From positions 288,001 to 352,000 of the forward strand of contig CAVVHS010000006.1 in assembly GCA_963748215.1 (NCBI GenBank): 64,000 nucleotides of DNA, written 5' to 3'. Origin of the DNA: an uncultured Gammaproteobacteria bacterium (lineage in GTDB: Bacteria; Pseudomonadota; Gammaproteobacteria; UBA9214). This document shows positions 62,406-64,000 of this stretch, piece by piece. A program made the position numbers and the translations under genes. Positions within the stretch are counted from its first letter, which is position 1. Each line of letters begins with the position of its first letter. The notes below the pieces were generated by a model. It searched no databases, was not told the origin of the DNA, and saw only the letters and a list, made by a program, of their open reading frames with translations.

Positions 62406-62431
62406 GGCTGCAGGGGATGTCCCCTGCAGCC
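62406..62431 (-). terminator. Strong stem-loop between dsrC and dsrM
   Basis: GGCTGCAGGGGA-TG-TCCCCTGCAGCC perfect inverted repeat. Confidence 0.65.
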
Positions 62432-62444
62432 TTCGGTTGTTGCG

Positions 62445-62780
62445 TCAGACGCAGCCGGTCGGCTTCGGCAGACCGGCGTACTTGCAGGCCTGCTTGGCGG
62501 GACCGTACGGGAACAGCTCGTACAGGTACTTGCTGTTGCCCTTGTCCTTGCCCAGCTTCTTGCCGATGGCCTTGGTCAGCACGCGAACGGCCGGGGCGAT
62601 CTGGTATTCCTCGTAGTATTCACGCAGGAAATTGATCACTTCCCAGTGGTTCTCGGTCAGCTCACAGTCGTCGAGCTTGGCCATGACATCCGCCACGTCC
62701 TTGTCCCATGTATTCAGGTCAGCCAGGTAACCTTCTTCGTCAGTTTCGTAAGTCTTGCCGTTCGCTTCAATTGTACCCAT
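62445..62780 (-). CDS. dsrC: Sulfur carrier DsrC
   Basis: TDEEGYL, HWEVI, LFPYGPAKQACKYAGLPKPTGCV (both Cys present). Confidence 0.97.
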   Translation of the reverse strand: MGTIEANGKTYETDEEGYLADLNTWDKDVADVMAKLDDCELTENHWEVINFLREYYEEYQIAPAVRVLTKAIGKKLGKDKGNSKYLYELFPYGPAKQACKYAGLPKPTGCV

Positions 62781-62824
62781 GTGAGGTCTCCTCGTTGGAT
62801 GACGCTAATCAAAAAAAATGAAAA

Positions 62825-63121
62825 TCAGAGCCAGGACTGTACCTTGTCGTTGGCTGTAACCAGATCGACGAACCCGCCGTAATCGATGACGTCGACGCCA
62901 TCCAGCAGCTTGTCTTCCGTGATGCCGCGCGCGGCCAGGTCCGGCCCGAGCACGGCGACCTTGAGGCCTTTCAGCAGGCTTGCCGCCTTGCCGTTTTTCA
63001 TCGCTCCGTAAATACCATCCTCGATGAGCAGCAACTGGTCGCCATCCTTCATGATGGTCGATGCCGTGTTCAGGCTGCCGGTGTCGTAGGGTGACTTGTT
63101 TACCAGGTGTAACATTGCCAT
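62825..63121 (-). CDS. dsrH: DsrH
   Basis: MLHLVNKSP, LLIEDGIY, DLAARG, IDYGGFVDL, VQSWL. Confidence 0.95.
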   Translation of the reverse strand: MAMLHLVNKSPYDTGSLNTASTIMKDGDQLLLIEDGIYGAMKNGKAASLLKGLKVAVLGPDLAARGITEDKLLDGVDVIDYGGFVDLVTANDKVQSWL

Positions 63122-63139
63122 TATTCCGGGCTCCCTGTA

Positions 63140-63550
63140 CTAGAAGTTGAACAGCACGTCTTGCTCGGCGAGCACGTCTGCCATTTCCGCGCGTGTGACC
63201 AGGCGGATGGAATCCTTTTCCGCGTAGTCCTCGTCCTCGTCTTCCCAGACCAGGTGTTGCAGGTCATCCAGGGTCAGGCCGCGTTCCTCGAGGGATTCCT
63301 TCTCGACGTAGATCTTGTTGACCTCGTAGTCACCCAGCGCGGCGTAGGTGGGCGAGAAGTTTTTCATGCCGATGCCCGCGGTGTCCTGGCCCTTGACGAG
63401 CTGGTACACACCGTCGTCCAGGAAGGCCATGCTGACGTCCTGTTCGAAGGCGGCGCCGATCAGTACCACTTCCAGCGATTCCCACGCATAGATCGTCCCG
63501 TAGGGCGCCCTGCGGTTGATGTACATCATTTTCTTGGATTCTTCAGACAT
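63140..63550 (-). CDS. dsrF: DsrF
   Basis: RRAPYGTIYAWESLE, FLDDGVYQL, ESLEERGL. Confidence 0.95.
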   Translation of the reverse strand: MSEESKKMMYINRRAPYGTIYAWESLEVVLIGAAFEQDVSMAFLDDGVYQLVKGQDTAGIGMKNFSPTYAALGDYEVNKIYVEKESLEERGLTLDDLQHLVWEDEDEDYAEKDSIRLVTRAEMADVLAEQDVLFNF

Positions 63551-63564
63551 TGCCGCTCTCCCGC

Positions 63565-63958
63565 TCAGTCGCCGAACACGACCAGTCGATCGCTCTGGAC
63601 GCCACCTTCGATCAGCTGACCCAGTCCGGAAATGCGGAAGCCGGGGGCGATGTTGGTTGCGTCCTTGCCGTTACGCTGCGCCTCGCCCTCGTCGACGATG
63701 CCGCGCCGCTGGGCGGCAGCCACGCACACCACCATGTCGATGTTGTGTGCCTGTCCCAGTTCACTCCAGCGCTTGACGATATTGCGATCGTCCTGCGGCG
63801 GTGTGGTCAGGCGCGTGCCGTTGTTGACGCCGTCGTGGTAGAAAAAGATACGAAAGATCTCGTGTCCCTTTTCCAATGGCCGCCTTGGCGAAAAAGTAGG
63901 CCGTGTCCGCGGCCTGGTGCTGGTAGGGCCCCTCGTTAACCTGGATTGTAAGCTTCAT
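63565..63958 (-). CDS. dsrE: DsrE; one apparent +1 indel (~63877)
   Basis: MKLTIQVNEGPYQH then FFYHDGV, VVCVAAAQRRG, ISGLGQL in a second frame. Confidence 0.93.
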
Positions 63959-63973
63959 TCACATACCCTCTGA

Positions 63974-64000
63974 TCAGAAACGGATATGGGTTGAAGCGTT
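63974..64000 (-). CDS. dsrB: C-terminal end of dissimilatory sulfite reductase beta subunit (partial)
   Basis: Last codons read NASTHIRF*, typical of oxidative-type DsrB; directly upstream of dsrE. Confidence 0.7.
   Translation of the reverse strand, partial: NASTHIRF

Overview
A GC-rich chromosomal segment, most consistent with a sulfur-oxidising, denitrifying gammaproteobacterium. Left part (1-18450), accessory: an RND adaptor gene cut by the window edge, an MBL hydrolase, a HipBA-type toxin-antitoxin pair, a 5'-truncated DUF4824-like gene, and a multi-PAS kinase / receiver / PP2C / STAS signalling module. A ~5.9 kb integrase-less island sits at the 3' end of tRNA-Val(CAC) and carries a 16-repeat Sel1 protein and an internally deleted IS3. 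Middle (18610-45333): a denitrification region probably controlled by a DNR-like regulator. It holds a B-family-derived heme-copper enzyme with the eNOR signature (GHSSQQ), the cd1 nitrite reductase cluster nirI-nirS-nirECF(DL)GHJN, and four FNR/DNR boxes. Right part: housekeeping and nucleotide-sugar genes, then a reverse-type dsr operon (dsrB end, EFHCMKLJOPNR) followed by a NarX/NarL-like pair and a rhodanese. The best candidate for an undescribed system is the eNOR accessory block. It contains a cytochrome b-2x[4Fe-4S]-MvhD fusion with its own DNR box and a membrane-anchored partner, a heme-copper subunit-I paralogue lacking the CuB His-His pair, a CtaA paralogue lacking the substrate-site Glu and His, two SCO proteins and a hemerythrin. 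Several conserved genes (nirS, dsrE/K/L) carry single-base frameshifts that look like sequencing indels. All calls come from motif recognition by eye; no database searches were run.
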